From Scyliorhinus canicula (Eukaryota), in assembly GCF_902713615.1 (NCBI RefSeq), contig NC_052158.1, positions 42,027,729-42,091,728 on the forward strand: DNA of 64,000 nt. The letters run 5' to 3'. Positions 62,740 to 64,000 of the stretch are shown piece by piece. Position 1 is the stretch's first letter. Every line of letters begins with the position of its first letter. The notes beneath the pieces were generated by a model that was not told where the DNA came from, ran no database searches, and saw only the letters and a list, made by a program, of their open reading frames with translations. The position numbers and the translations under genes are program-made.

Positions 62740-64000
62740 GCATGAGAGCAGGGATTGTAAGGTAAATGAGCGAACCTGCCATGGCACCATGGTACAGGAA
62801 GCCATTCAAGTGTTGGGAGTAAATAGGAATATTGTAGCAGTAGAGAACAGTATGGTCAGATTTACAGATGCAGTTTTCTTGCCTAGATCAAGAGTCCAGA
62901 CAGCTGTGTTGTCTGCCTGGAGCAAGGATTTAGGGCATCTGCTCTGACTTAGAGAGAACCTTGCAATGAGGGAGGAAGGATTCAGCTGCTGTCGTCTATG
63001 TAGGAACCAACAACACAGCTAGGACTGGAAAAGAGGTTCTGCATCATCTGGATTATTAGCTGAGCTAATTGGCTAAGGGTAAATAAGATTAGAGAAATTA
63101 ATGCATAGCTCACAGACTGGTGTGGGAGACATGGCTGATAGTTCATGGAGCATTGGCAGCAGCCCTGTGAAAAGTGGGGGCTGTACCGTTGGGACAGGCT
63201 TCACCTGAACCATGCTGTGACCAGTGAACTGGTGAGTAATATAACTAGAGAAATAGGGAGGGCTTTAAACTAAATAGTAGCGAAAAGAGAGGAGATGTAG
63301 CAAATCCAACAAACAGTAAGCTAATAGAGCAGGGTAGTGATTTGGACAATGATTACCAGTGTGTGGCAGGAAGGGAAAGAGCATACAAACTAAGTGTGCA
63401 CCGGTAAATAATGCCAGAAATTACAAAAAATATAAAAAGACAGTTAAAGGCATTGAATCTGAATGCACACAACATTCATAACAAAAAGGATGAATTGTTA
63501 GCACAGAGATAGATATGTATGATCTAATCAACATAACGGAAATCTGGTTGAAAGTTGGCCAAGGTGGGACATCAATGTTGAAGGGTATTTGATATATTGA
63601 AATGACATGAAACTTGGAAACGGTAGTGAGATAGCTCTGTTAACGACGCCATTCATATAGTAGTGAGAGGTGAACTTAGCTCAAAAGGGGACGGTGAATC
63701 AGGTTGGGTGGAGATAAGAAACAGGAAAAGTCAGAAGTCACTTGTAAAAATTGATTATTGGCCCCCTCACAAAAGTCACACTATAGGACAGAGTATTCAA
63801 GAAGAAAGAATTGGGCCATGTAAAAAGGTACTGCAATATTCATGGGAGACTCTAACATTCATGTAGTTTGGGGGAAATCAGATTGGCAAAGGTAGCCTGG
63901 AGAATAAGTTCACAGTGTATTCGGGACAATCTTTTAGCTGGCTCTAGCATGTACTGCTCTAAAGAGCAAGATACCATAGACCTGGTAATGTGCAATGAGA
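62740..64000 (+). mobile_element. Older CR1 fragment (ORF1 esterase end and endonuclease start), runs off the window
   Basis: Degenerate esterase region, GGTTGGGTGGAGATAAGAAAC (WVEIRN) and YWPPHKS endonuclease motif. Confidence 0.65.

Noticed and set aside
57165-64000. MHC class II alpha exon 4 (connecting peptide/TM/cytoplasmic)
   Set aside because: No acceptor followed by a Gly-patterned hydrophobic segment found by eye; probably beyond the window.

Overview
Eukaryotic genomic DNA from a cartilaginous fish (elasmobranch SINE/LINE families; catshark-like is inference). The only host gene I can support is an MHC class II alpha-chain gene on the + strand: an X1/Y promoter module at 11060-11102, exon 1 (leader, 11241-11307), exon 2 (alpha-1, 32447-32695) and exon 3 (alpha-2 Ig-C1, 56883-57164). 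All three exons splice in phase 1 into an open 199-codon frame closely resembling nurse shark class II alpha as I recall it. I did not find the TM/cytoplasmic exon in the window. Introns 1 and 2 (21.1 and 24.2 kb) and the flanks are mostly transposons: three near-complete Gypsy LTR elements, a Gmr1-type element and solo LTRs, a full-length L1, CR1/L2 LINEs, HE1-type SINEs, Harbinger elements and MITEs, and Penelope fragments carrying hammerhead ribozyme cores. There are also three large tandem arrays (about 69 bp, GA-rich about 38 bp, and a CpG-rich 24-bp minisatellite starting just after exon 2). The most unexpected signal is in two related Gypsy families that lack a tRNA primer-binding site. 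Both conserve two long-range RNA stems at their LTR boundaries, with different sequences but retained pairing. One copy also has a 3'-UTR/PPT extension outside its 5' LTR.
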